Part shown: positions 35,241 through 45,210 of the stretch, piece after piece
How positions within the stretch are numbered: the first letter of the stretch is position 1
Layout of the letters: every line of letters starts with the position of its first letter
NCBI RefSeq assembly: GCF_026210795.1
Contig: NC_089432.1
Span: 3,906,001-3,970,000, forward strand
DNA from: Rhizophagus irregularis
Lineage: Eukaryota
Length of the DNA stretch: 64,000 bases
Direction: 5' to 3'
Translations under genes and position numbers: made by a program
Notes under the pieces: generated by a model
Database searches by the model: none
The model's input: only the letters and a program-made list of their open reading frames with translations
What the model was told of the DNA's origin: nothing

Positions 35241-36212
35241 ATGGATCCAAATGCAGGCATCGCCCTCAACGACCCGGATATAGTAGCAGAAATAGTCAGA
35301 AACCTTCCGGCCAAAGAATTCGGAAAGCACCTCAAGAGGACCCTGAACAATACTAATATAGGTAGGAGCTGATGATGCGTCGTCATCTTAGTAGCTCTCA
35401 ATATGTTAGAATTTGGGAATGCGTACAATCATCAAAAAATTTTGATAAGGTTAGAATTTGATTTTGCGTAATTTTGATTGGATTTTAGGATGGTAAGATG
35501 TTGGATTTGCTTATTTTTGGTATATTTTTGGAAATAAGTAATAATAATTAATTTTATTTAACGATCATCTTAAAATAAATTTTTTTTTTTCGAAAAAAAT
35601 CTTTTCTGTATTGCATACATAAAGTTTCATTGGAAATATGGTAAAGAGTGATTGGCTAACATAAATACGTTACTCATATTGTTAATGCAAAAAAAGTAGT
35701 ATGTATATGTGGGAAAGGAATTAAATTAAACCACAGGTATGAAGAAGATTATTTAAATAGACATGTAGCATGTTCAGGATGTAAAGCAGACGAAGACAGA
35801 GAACAATTTGATATAACTAATAAAAGAGCCAATTAAAATTTTAAAAACTGACTTGAAGTTAGAGGATTAAAATGTGTATTTTGTAAAAATTTCAGGGGTT
35901 AGGAGCTATAAATGCGTACTGATCATAGTCAAAAGTGCTGCGTACAGCTAATAGTAAATTTTTTTTTCTGGACCTTACCTATATCAGTATTGTTCGGGGT
36001 CCTACCTCAAGATAAACAGACTCTGGTACAACTGTTGTAAAGCCGAGTTGTGGAAGCGATATGAGAAAGCCAAGAAGACATACGACAGGACAGTAGAAAA
36101 GAAGGAAAAGCGGGGGATGATCTTGGTCAATCATTTGAGGAGAAGGGTATTGGAAATCGTGAACTTTATGAGCTTAATTGGAAGGAGTATCAAAAAGCTT
36201 GTAAAGAGTTAA
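35241..36212 (+). pseudogene. F-box-like protein, interrupted by the 35337-36003 insertion
   Basis: Rejoined frame MDPNAGIALNDPDIVAEIVRNLPAKEFGKHLK|INRLWYNCCKAELWKRY fits the F-box pattern. Confidence 0.65.
35337..36003. mobile_element. 667-bp non-autonomous TIR element with 8-bp TSD
   Basis: TIRs aggaccctgaacaatactaatataggta / tacctatatcagtattgttcggggtcct. Exact TSD acctcaag at 35329-35336 and 36004-36011. Confidence 0.9.
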
Positions 36213-36324
36213 CGGACGCTAGAAAAGAGCAAATGATGGTAAGGTGGGCTCTTGAGCGATGTGGATTTTACTAAATATACGTGGATTGAAAAGGGGAAAG
36301 GAAAGATTTAGAGCAGTCGTAAAT

Positions 36325-36792
36325 TAGAGCTCCGAACGAGTCGAGTCGAGTCGAGTTATATGTAAACTCGATTCGACTCGAGTTAAATCGAGTCAAGTCG
36401 AGTCGAGTTAAAATTATAAAAATATAAACTTGACTCGATTCGAGTCGAGTTGGCCCGTCAAACCGAATCGAGTCGAGTCGAATTAAATCACGTGATTTTA
36501 TTCGGCTATGTCGATCATTTCCTTTTTTTGGCGATAGCTGTTCCACAAAATTCCATTTTTGTAATTTTCAAAAATTTTTCGTCTCGGATTTTGTGTAACA
36601 TAATTTCCAAAAAAGGAAATTCCATAAATTTGGACGGAATTATGTTTAATTCGGCTTAACTCGACTCGACTCGATTTTATTAAATTATTAACTCGACTCG
36701 ACTCGAATCATTTTGATTGTAATTTTCAACTCGACTCGACTCAACTCGACTCGACCAACTCGCAAGTCAACTCGACTCGTTTCAGAGCACTA
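36325..36792. mobile_element. hAT-type MITE with gagtc/gactc pentamer arrays, related to the 11550 MITE
   Basis: TIRs tagagctccgaacgagtcgag / ctcgactcgtttcagagcacta. Shares cacgtga, tgtgtaac and aaaaaaggaaat with 11550-12077. TSD imperfect (tcgtaaa, offset by 3 nt). Confidence 0.8.
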
Positions 36793-36981
36793 GACTCGTA
36801 AAGGTTTGTGGTTTATAGTTTTTTTTTTACCCCTAGAAGATAACCAGATATAACTAGAGGATCGCAGAACCGCAGAACCGCAGGACTACAGGACTACAGG
36901 AGGGTAACCAGGTAGGAGTGCAGATCTTTGGAAAAAATATTCGGCAATTGAAGATTAGGTAACTATAAATTAGTACTCGAT

Positions 36982-39461
36982 TTGATAGAACAAAAAATAA
37001 CTGCCCAAGTTCCAGCAATCTTTAACCCCAACAACCGTTTCTTTTACGATGACCTTCTTAAAAAGTGTATAGGTACACACACAAAAGAAAGCGTCAATTC
37101 AGCAATCTCAGCTTCTGTGGCTTTCATCACCACGAAGTCCGGCATGTGGATCAGAAAAAAGAAGGCTTATAATAGAAGCATATACTTCGAGTTTGCTGCA
37201 GATCTCAAGGGAATTTCTACTAAGCACAAGGTAAGTATTCAGTCAGATGCAGGAGAAGATGATGGTATGACCACATCTACTAAGTTAAAGGACCTTCTTA
37301 TCCATGCCTCAGTTACAAAGATCTGTTATACAGATGTAAACTTCATGCCGTATCCCCCAAATGCACCAAAGTATAATCCTGAATTCTTCAATCTCTTCCT
37401 AGGTTTCAGGGCTCAACCTGCTAAGCGCATCAAACTAAATCTAGTTAATTCAATTATCCGACACGTTCATGAGGTATGGTGTGCAGAGGATAAGCAATTA
37501 ACCATATACATCCTCAACTGGCTCGCATTTCTAATTCAAAATCCAGACAAAAAACCCGGTACAGCAATTATCATGCGCAGTCCCCCAGATGTGGTAAGAA
37601 TATCTTAACCGATTTTATCGGAGAACGTATTCTTGGCCGTGAAAACTTCCTCTCCACTACGCGTTTTGAAGATATAATGGGAAGGTTCAATGCAGCTGTT
37701 CGTGCCAAAAAACTCATCATCCTCAATGAATGTGATATGACAGGTAAGGAATGGCATGGAGCAAATAACTGACTTAAAAGTTTAATCACTGAGCCTTACA
37801 TCTCTATTGAGAAAAAGGGGATAGATGTGAAGGTTATTGATGACTTTGCTGGCTACATGATCCTAAGTAATCATGCTATGCCAATCTGCATAGAAATGGG
37901 AGATGAAAGATTTATAGCCCTCAATGTATCAGACAAATATAAGGGCAATAGAGAATACTTCGGTTCTCTCGTAAAAGTATTAGAAAATCTGGATACAGCC
38001 AGTTCCTTCATGTCCTACCTACTTAGCCGAGACTTAACTAGCTTCAATCCCCGATCTATTCCTGATACTCAAATAAAACGGGAGTTAATCGAAGCAAGTA
38101 TCCTGAATCTCTAGCGTTTTATACAATATTACCTTGAAATGATGTGGCCCGACAATTGCGACACACTTGAAATCCTGTGTACAAATTTCTATAGCACTTA
38201 CCAGAATTGGTGCAGTGAAAAGGGTGAAAACAAAACACTTAGTGATAATAAGTTTGGTATGGAGATTAAGCAATTCATTCCTAAAACTCGCCCAAGACGT
38301 TCAGGTGCTCGAATAAACTATTACATACTAGATAAAGCAAAAATTGCAAAGAATTTTAGTAGAGTAATCCAGGAGACACAAGACATACAGGATGTACAGG
38401 TAGATCAAGAGGAAGTGGAGCTAGTTGTTGAGAAACCTGCTGAGGAAAAACCCGCTCCTGTCGAGAAGAAGCCTACTAAAGAGAAACCAGTTTTCAAAAA
38501 GACTCCACCACCAGTACCACTTAAGCCCGAGTGCTTGAAGATAAAACCCGTACCTGTTATCAATGAGGATCCTATTCCTGAAGAATCTCCAGCTTCTATA
38601 GAGTCAGATACTGATGAACCTATAGATAGCTTCTCAGACTGTTATCTATCTGATGAGGAACCTAATTAAGAAAATGAGCCGCCTGCTGAGGAACCTGCAT
38701 TTAAAGCTGATGATGACTACGACGTTTTAGATGACTTGCTATCTGACTCAGATTCTACAATCGCTAACCCAGTTCTTGAGCAACAACCCGAGTCACCTGC
38801 AGAATCTTCTGCAAAATCTGAATCCCTCGCAGATTCCAAATCTTCTACAGAACCTGTAGTAGAACCGGCTCCCAAAGAGCAACCTATCCCAGAACCCGAC
38901 ACAGAACTAGAAGTTGACTGGGACCCTGAACTAAAGGAAGGTACTCAAGCACACTGGGCTTGGCACGAAAGACACTGATGGGATCGTAAGCCATGGGTCA
39001 AGAATTCAAAGGACCAGGTCTTCAATGATCTCTATAATACAGGTAAGGAATTATGGGCTAAGTACCAAGACGCGTCAGACGAGTATGACTGGGAAATACT
39101 CGCGTTTGAAGTAGAGGAATGTCCCACAACACGTATTGAGGACTAGTACCAGTACTACTTTATGGAAGTAGTAGACCACTTCAAGGACTGGATCGAATAT
39201 AATGGGCACTTACCTAAAACACCTAGCTGTAAAAAACTCGCAGATCTAATAAGAGTATACAAGGAGGATCGTGATGCCGAGATTATCCCTACCACCTCTG
39301 GTTATGAAACTATGAAGATGAATAAGGGTAAAGCACGAGAAATCCCAGAGGAACGTCCAAAAACTGATATGGAACGTAAATGGAAAGCCGCCAATGGAAT
39401 TGTCGACGACTGGGATGAAGAGGATCTTGATTGTGTATGCAGCAAGATTGACTCCTTTTAA
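36982..39461 (+). pseudogene. SF3 helicase (D5/DUF5906-like) with winged-helix region and long P/E-rich tail
   Basis: FNLFLGF; ILNWLAFLIQNPDKKPGTAIIMRSP..CGKN (Walker A across a frameshift); LIILNE; LKSLITE..IEKKG; ILSNH..GDERF; YQNWCSEKGE..FG. Several stops. Confidence 0.85.
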
Positions 39462-39544
39462 TAAGATAAGCACTTCTTAGTTATCTTATATTTTTTGTAT
39501 AAAAAACCTATATTACAACTGAACACAATTCATAAATACATCAA

Positions 39545-41423
39545 ATGGTTTATTCAGAGATTGTCCGTGCTTTACCTACAAGACCAGATATCAAAGAATT
39601 ACAGTATTCAGGCGCAAGATTTTCCAGAGGAGCAATAGCAAGACTTGGACAGCGACTCCAATCCCGGTATCCGACACATAAATTTCAGATTCTGCTCCCT
39701 ATGAAAACTGGAAACCCGGTGGATGGACATCAGGAAACCAACCAGCCAGCCTCTTCTCACTCTTGGACCACTACAACGAAGCACAACTACCAGATGACGC
39801 AGACCCTAATTATTTTGAATGATTCATAATTTATGTGAGAGATGCCTACCGGTTGCAGGGAGTTGCAACGGGGAGCTAAATGATTGCCTGTATGAACGCC
39901 TGAAATATATCTACAGCACATTCTCTAAAATGCCAAAGTCAATCGAAAAGCCCGAGTATATCAAAAAGGCATTAGGTCTCAATCGTGATGCTCCAATTCC
40001 AGTCTCATATATGGATAAGGTTGAACAACTTGCAGGAAGCTTTGCACTTAATATTGTAGGGGATTCCACTTGAATTTCTAAAAGCAAATCTGACAGACGT
40101 GCAACACTTATCCTGTCTGAAGGCCACTACTCTCTTGCACTGAATCCCGGAAGACTCCATCCTAGCAAATTAGATAGAAAACAAAAGTCTTTCTTTGTTT
40201 ATTGTGAAGATGGGGTTAATAATGTAGTAACAATATACAATGGTAAGACAGTTAAGTCTCTTACAGTTAGACAGTTTCAGAAAGGTAAGAACTCTGATAG
40301 TTACTCCTTCATCCCTATCGAGAAGAATTGTAAAACTGAAATATATGAAACACTTGAGGAAACATACCAGAGGATCCATGAAGAGCGGGATTCCTTCCTA
40401 CAGGCTACAAAGAAGTTCGGTTTAGGAATCAACTTATCTTACCACAACTGGTCGTACAAGAGAACTGCACTCTGGCTTTTTGAACGGTTTAGTGTAGGGG
40501 TTCCAGCAAATGATCCTCTTGACCCAGTCGAAGCAGAGTGGATAAGTGATGCAATGATGGGAGGTCTTATCTAGGCAGATAATGAATGGAAGGGTTATGG
40601 AAGGCAATACAACATGACAAGTTTGTATCCAAGTATTCAGCAATCAAATGCAAACTTTCCAATCCGACAAGGTAAGTTTCAAATACTCAAAGACTTTGTA
40701 GACCACAGAGGTTATGCCTTGTATGGATTATTTCGTGCTAGCTCCCAGGGAGCGCCCAAGGGCAAGGTAAGTGGTAATGACATTCTCTTCTGACAGAATA
40801 AGAGGGGAGTCTATACATTCATTGACTTACAACAAGCAAAAAAACTTGGTCTCAATATACAGTTAATCCAGGATGGAAAGCCAAATGCCTTGATATATGA
40901 TAGAGAAGCAAGAATTCCTGGGACTGTAATATTTGGTGAGTATGTTCACTTTCTCTTCAATATAAAGAACCAGGGTGGCGTGGCCGGTCGTGTTGCAAAA
41001 AGAGTTCTCAATACACTATGGGGAGCACTCTGCCAAAGGAAACACAATTACAAGATACTCACCACAGATCAAACAGATCCATTCAAGTTTCCAGAAGGCC
41101 ACACACTTGACTCCATCGTACCAGTAAGATCTGACCAGTGGCAATTCCAGTTCACAAACCCAGGTAGTCCCTTCAAGGGTAAGTATCCTAGGATCGCTCC
41201 ATTCTTATTAGCATATGGACGGAAGACGACTTCAGAGTTATTAGAACCATATAAGGATAAAGTACGACGCATCCATATAGATGGATTTATTCTAGAGGAA
41301 CAGCTGAGTAGTCCTACACTTATTACTTGTCCAGAAAATGCATCCAAAGCATTGAAAGCTCTCAAGTTTGAAACTGCAGAATACTGCCATGTGAAAAATG
41401 CAAACAAGGTTATCTGGACATGA
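39545..41423 (+). pseudogene. Compact family-B DNA polymerase, protein-primed type (~625 aa reconstructed)
   Basis: AMMGG; motif A YNMTSLYPS (40608-40634); motif B AKRVLNTLWG; motif C RIHIDGF. N-terminal NDCLY...GHY resembles an OTU-type catalytic pair. Stops and frameshifts. Confidence 0.8.
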
Positions 41424-41536
41424 TTGCCAAGAATGCGGTTGGGTTTACAGTAGGTATATATATTTTTTCTTGCTTGAATGTAAAATCAATTTGAAGATTC
41501 CTATTTATTACAAAGTACAAAAAAGTATAAGGAATC

Positions 41537-42007
41537 ATGTCAACATATACCGAATTAGCAAGCATTATTAACAGCACTGACAGCATTAGTGATGAAGTTA
41601 TTTATGATGCATCATGCAATCAGTTCACCATTGTCTCTGATGAAACTGTCTTCAAGATTATCCGTGCATTGAAAGACACTATAGTAGTCACATTAGTATC
41701 TGGGTTTAGCAAAACCAGCTACCTTGTCCAGGATCATGTGAAGTATATCAAGAGAATCCAGACAGCAAAGTCTTCTGTATCATATGTGAAGTTCGTAGCC
41801 AGAAAACTCTTCCCAGATAATGCAGCATATACTGCTAAGATAGCAAAGATTCGTGAATCATACAAGAATAAACAAGCTCTTTTAGACAAACTTAAGGCCC
41901 TCTTCGAGTTGTATTATAATGTGACTAAGGACTCATTAACAGGTCCCCCAAAGCGAGCTGTCACTATGAATGAGGCTGAGAAAACCTTAGCAGAACTTCT
42001 TGTATAA
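41537..42007 (+). CDS. Hypothetical protein (156 aa) of the Maverick-like element
   Basis: Intact ORF; preceded by ATTTGAAGA and followed by a T-tract, like its neighbours. Confidence 0.65.
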   Translation: MSTYTELASIINSTDSISDEVIYDASCNQFTIVSDETVFKIIRALKDTIVVTLVSGFSKTSYLVQDHVKYIKRIQTAKSSVSYVKFVARKLFPDNAAYTAKIAKIRESYKNKQALLDKLKALFELYYNVTKDSLTGPPKRAVTMNEAEKTLAELLV

Positions 42008-42100
42008 GCGGCTTCTGTACGAATTTAGTTTATATTTTTTATCCATTTGTAATGGGCATACAGTAATTGAAGATGGCTATAGTATAAGTAACATAACATC

Positions 42101-42517
42101 ATGTTGGACCGATTACCAGTAGAAATAGTCGAACGCATTGTTGCAAAGATCCCAGATACTGACCTTATTGCAGCGAGTAAAGTAGATAGTGTGTGGTGGC
42201 AGGAGGTTCGTCAAGAAGCATATAAGAGATGGAAAAATTACGCTACTACAATTGGGCATGTCCAAGCTCTTGGAAAGCCGTTTGAAAAAGGGAATATTGA
42301 CTGGATATCATTTGAAGATGTAAACGACTTCTATAAAAGATGGATAGACCGCCTCACCGAGGATCAGCTTTATATTATGGAGAAAATACTTAGGAATGGG
42401 ATGGTCGTAGATCTCCAAGAGAGGGAAACCATAGAGTATGCATTAAGTGAACAAAGATGGGGAGGCGACCCTTGGGGACTGAACTGGGAGTGGAACGAAT
42501 GGACTCAACAGGAGTAG
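42101..42517 (+). CDS. F-box protein (138 aa)
   Basis: N-terminal LDRLPVEIVERIVAKIPDTDLIAASKVDSVW matches the F-box consensus. Confidence 0.8.
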   Translation: MLDRLPVEIVERIVAKIPDTDLIAASKVDSVWWQEVRQEAYKRWKNYATTIGHVQALGKPFEKGNIDWISFEDVNDFYKRWIDRLTEDQLYIMEKILRNGMVVDLQERETIEYALSEQRWGGDPWGLNWEWNEWTQQE

Positions 42518-42523
42518 CTTATT

Positions 42524-42722
42524 TATCGGGTATCCTCATATTTCTTGACAAGGACTGATGACCATATAACCTTATCATCAGGTATCCTTGCATTTTTTCG
42601 ACAAGGACTGATGACCATATAACCTTATCATCAGGTATCCTTGCATTTTTTCGACAAGGATTGATGACCATGTAACCTTATCATCAGGTATCCTTGAATT
42701 TTTTCGACAAGGATTGATGACC
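42524..42722. repeat. 53-bp tandem repeat (~3.7 copies), each unit a stem-loop
   Basis: gacaagga recurs at 42547, 42600, 42653 and 42706. tcatcag..tccttg pairs with caagga.ctgatga. Confidence 0.92.
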
Positions 42723-42787
42723 GTGTCACTTGGTTATTGTAAATTGAAGAAAACTATTAGGTATGTAGATACGTACAGAAAAAAGAC

Positions 42788-43366
42788 ATGTCTTACCCTT
42801 ATATAGCTAACCCTATAACTGGACGTCCAATTATTATCGGTGGAGATACCTTTAATCGAATAGTTATGGAATCCCATGATTATATCGATGGAAGGCTTGT
42901 CCGTAGACAAACTGCACCTCCACCTGAAGAGCAACCTGTATATTTAAATACAGATACAGGACGTTATGTTCGACGTGGTACTAGAACATATCATAGACTG
43001 ATTGAAAGTGACTATGAAGTAGTTGAGGATTACTACCTTGTCCATTATGAAGAAGAGGCGCTTATAGAGGAAATCATCAATGAAATACGCTATAATGAGG
43101 AAAATCTTGATGGCCAGCGGTTAACTTTCAATGATATACAACAAATCAGGACTGCTATTCAGGCTGACCAAGATGAATATGATGATTTTATCTTACAGCA
43201 GGATATGACTGATATGACAACTATCGGTCCTTCCGGTCGTCCACAAACTTTGGAGGACCATACCCCGAGACTTGCAGAGCTTAATATTGAGTTGTGTAGG
43301 GAATGTCTCATGCCTGTAAGCCCAAGTGACTTAACGGACAAGTTGTGCAAGGACTGCTCCGAATAG
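42788..43366 (+). CDS. Protein with two NPxTGR-type repeats (2C_adapt-like, common in large DNA viruses) and a C-terminal CxxC..CxxC finger
   Basis: IANPITGRPIIIGGDTFNRI; YLNTDTGRYVRRGTRTYHRL; CREC...CKDC. Confidence 0.6.
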   Translation: MSYPYIANPITGRPIIIGGDTFNRIVMESHDYIDGRLVRRQTAPPPEEQPVYLNTDTGRYVRRGTRTYHRLIESDYEVVEDYYLVHYEEEALIEEIINEIRYNEENLDGQRLTFNDIQQIRTAIQADQDEYDDFILQQDMTDMTTIGPSGRPQTLEDHTPRLAELNIELCRECLMPVSPSDLTDKLCKDCSE

Positions 43367-43411
43367 TTACTTAATTTTGAATAATTCTTTTTTACATAAA
43401 GAAAGATAGCC

Positions 43412-43972
43412 ATGTCAATATCAATCGTAATAAACCAGTGCCAAAACTGTAGAGTAATCACTCCAAAAACAGCATATAGAGGATTATCCAGTGTATTATA
43501 CAGACAGATTATAAAGAAGATTAGTGATGAGAATGACCTTCTACAAGCCTTGGGACTTGCTAGGGATAAGTTAGTTCAGATCATTCGTCAGGGAAGTAAT
43601 GTGGACTTTACACAATTGTTTACACAAAGACTGGATATGAATATTATGGATGGAGAGCCATATGATGATATTAGGAAGTGGCTTCTCGAACAGCTTATAG
43701 CCATAGGTTGTGACAGTGGAGAAATTGCTTTATATCAATTTCTATGAGATACATATCCAGATGGTATTGACGAGCCTTTCACTACATTCTATGAGAACTA
43801 TGTAAATCATATAAGTAATCCAATGACTAAGAATTTTGCTTCTCGTGCTTTAGGAGCAATAGGGTTGAAGGCTAAGATGTTAAGGATTGACTTTGAAGGC
43901 CGTAAAAAAAGTGCTATGATTCTTAGAGCTTCTGCAGACGAATTACTTGATATTCTCACAAGATACTATTAA
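43412..43972 (+). pseudogene. Hypothetical protein (186 codons) with one internal TGA; C-terminus may be a winged helix
   Basis: The frame continues past TGA 43745-43747 (FTTFYENYVNH..KNFASRALGAIG) to TAA 43970-43972. Confidence 0.55.
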
Positions 43973-45179
43973 TCCCTACTTGTAATGCTCGACGGTCCAT
44001 ATGGCTCTTAGAAAAGATCTGTAGAAGGACTTCAATACCTTCTATTATTTGTTTATTATCCAGAGGGCGACTAGACTTCAGGGCTTCATATCGGGAGAAT
44101 AACTCCTTCACATTCTCAGTTTTCAGAGTTTCAGTCTTTGCAGTCCTACCCTGTACTTTTGCTAAGAAATCCTGAAAGTCAGCTTCTAGGGTCTTACCAG
44201 AGAGTCCATAAGCTTCTCGAAAGACATATTTAATCCAGGTATCTGCATTCTTGGCTAAGACACCAGGTACAAGTAAATGTTGACGTTCTTTAGGGAATGG
44301 AAATACCCGAGCAAATTCAATCAAGTGTCCACCTTTTTTTGCTTCAAATACAGCTTTCTGACCATAGGGACTAAACTTAGATCGAACTGTGATTGAACTG
44401 GGTTCAGACTGAGATCGAACTGGGTTCAAACTTGGATCAAACTGAGATTGAACTGAGATCGAACTAGGATTGAACTGAGATTGCTCTGTGATAGAACTGA
44501 GACTAGTATCCCATCTTACTCGAATGGACAGTGGATCACTTTTGGACCATCTAAGATCAAACACTACAAATTCACGTTGCAGAGTAAGATCATCAATTAC
44601 TGGTGCTAATGACTCTGATTCTTCTGTATATAGGCGGATGATTCTCTTGGTATCTGTAAGGCTCCCATGACCTCCATGCAGTGAGATGTAGTTAACATTT
44701 TCTCGAATAGCCTTAGGAATGGCAAAGAATCTTCGGGCTACATAAATATATGAAATATTTTTGTGTCGTCCATGTGTAAAGTAACCAGTGATAAGATCCT
44801 GGATTTTTTTAGGTGCATCCATCAGATCCTCGAAGATTACCACAGTAGCTTTAGTAGGGTCGAAGGAGTCAATCTCTGGAATCTCACTATGGGTTACTGC
44901 AGTGAATGGGATCTTCTCCTCTTTGAAAAAATCATGTACAACTGCCCACTTCGGCTCATCAAGATATCTGCTAACTAAAAGTACTGCATCACATAGTACA
45001 TACCGATTACCATCCTCCTTTGCTTTCTTGTCACCCATTAACAAATTAATGATCATAGTTGTCTTACCTGAGTCTGAGCTACCTGCTACAGCTAATCGAA
45101 AGGGCCATAATGGAGCAAACTCATTGCCTTGTCTTGAGTCGGTCGTGTACTCATCCAAATTGTATACATAAAGATCCAT
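43956..45179 (-). CDS. A32/FtsK-HerA-like DNA packaging ATPase
   Basis: PFRLAVAGSSDSGKTT (Walker A); VVIFEDLM (Walker B); FTHGRHKNISY...IPKAIRENVNY, typical of Polinton/NCLDV packaging ATPases. Confidence 0.9.
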   Translation of the reverse strand: MDLYVYNLDEYTTDSRQGNEFAPLWPFRLAVAGSSDSGKTTMIINLLMGDKKAKEDGNRYVLCDAVLLVSRYLDEPKWAVVHDFFKEEKIPFTAVTHSEIPEIDSFDPTKATVVIFEDLMDAPKKIQDLITGYFTHGRHKNISYIYVARRFFAIPKAIRENVNYISLHGGHGSLTDTKRIIRLYTEESESLAPVIDDLTLQREFVVFDLRWSKSDPLSIRVRWDTSLSSITEQSQFNPSSISVQSQFDPSLNPVRSQSEPSSITVRSKFSPYGQKAVFEAKKGGHLIEFARVFPFPKERQHLLVPGVLAKNADTWIKYVFREAYGLSGKTLEADFQDFLAKVQGRTAKTETLKTENVKELFSRYEALKSSRPLDNKQIIEGIEVLLQIFSKSHMDRRALQVGINSIL

Positions 45180-45210
45180 TTGAATTTTATTCTAACTTAG
45201 TTTAAATACT

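Noticed and set aside
42524..42722. Hammerhead ribozyme (CTGATGA on both strands; CGAAA downstream on the minus strand)
   Set aside because: The GA of CUGAUGA is needed to form the stem, and I could not build stems I and III with an NUH site. An Infernal search would settle it.
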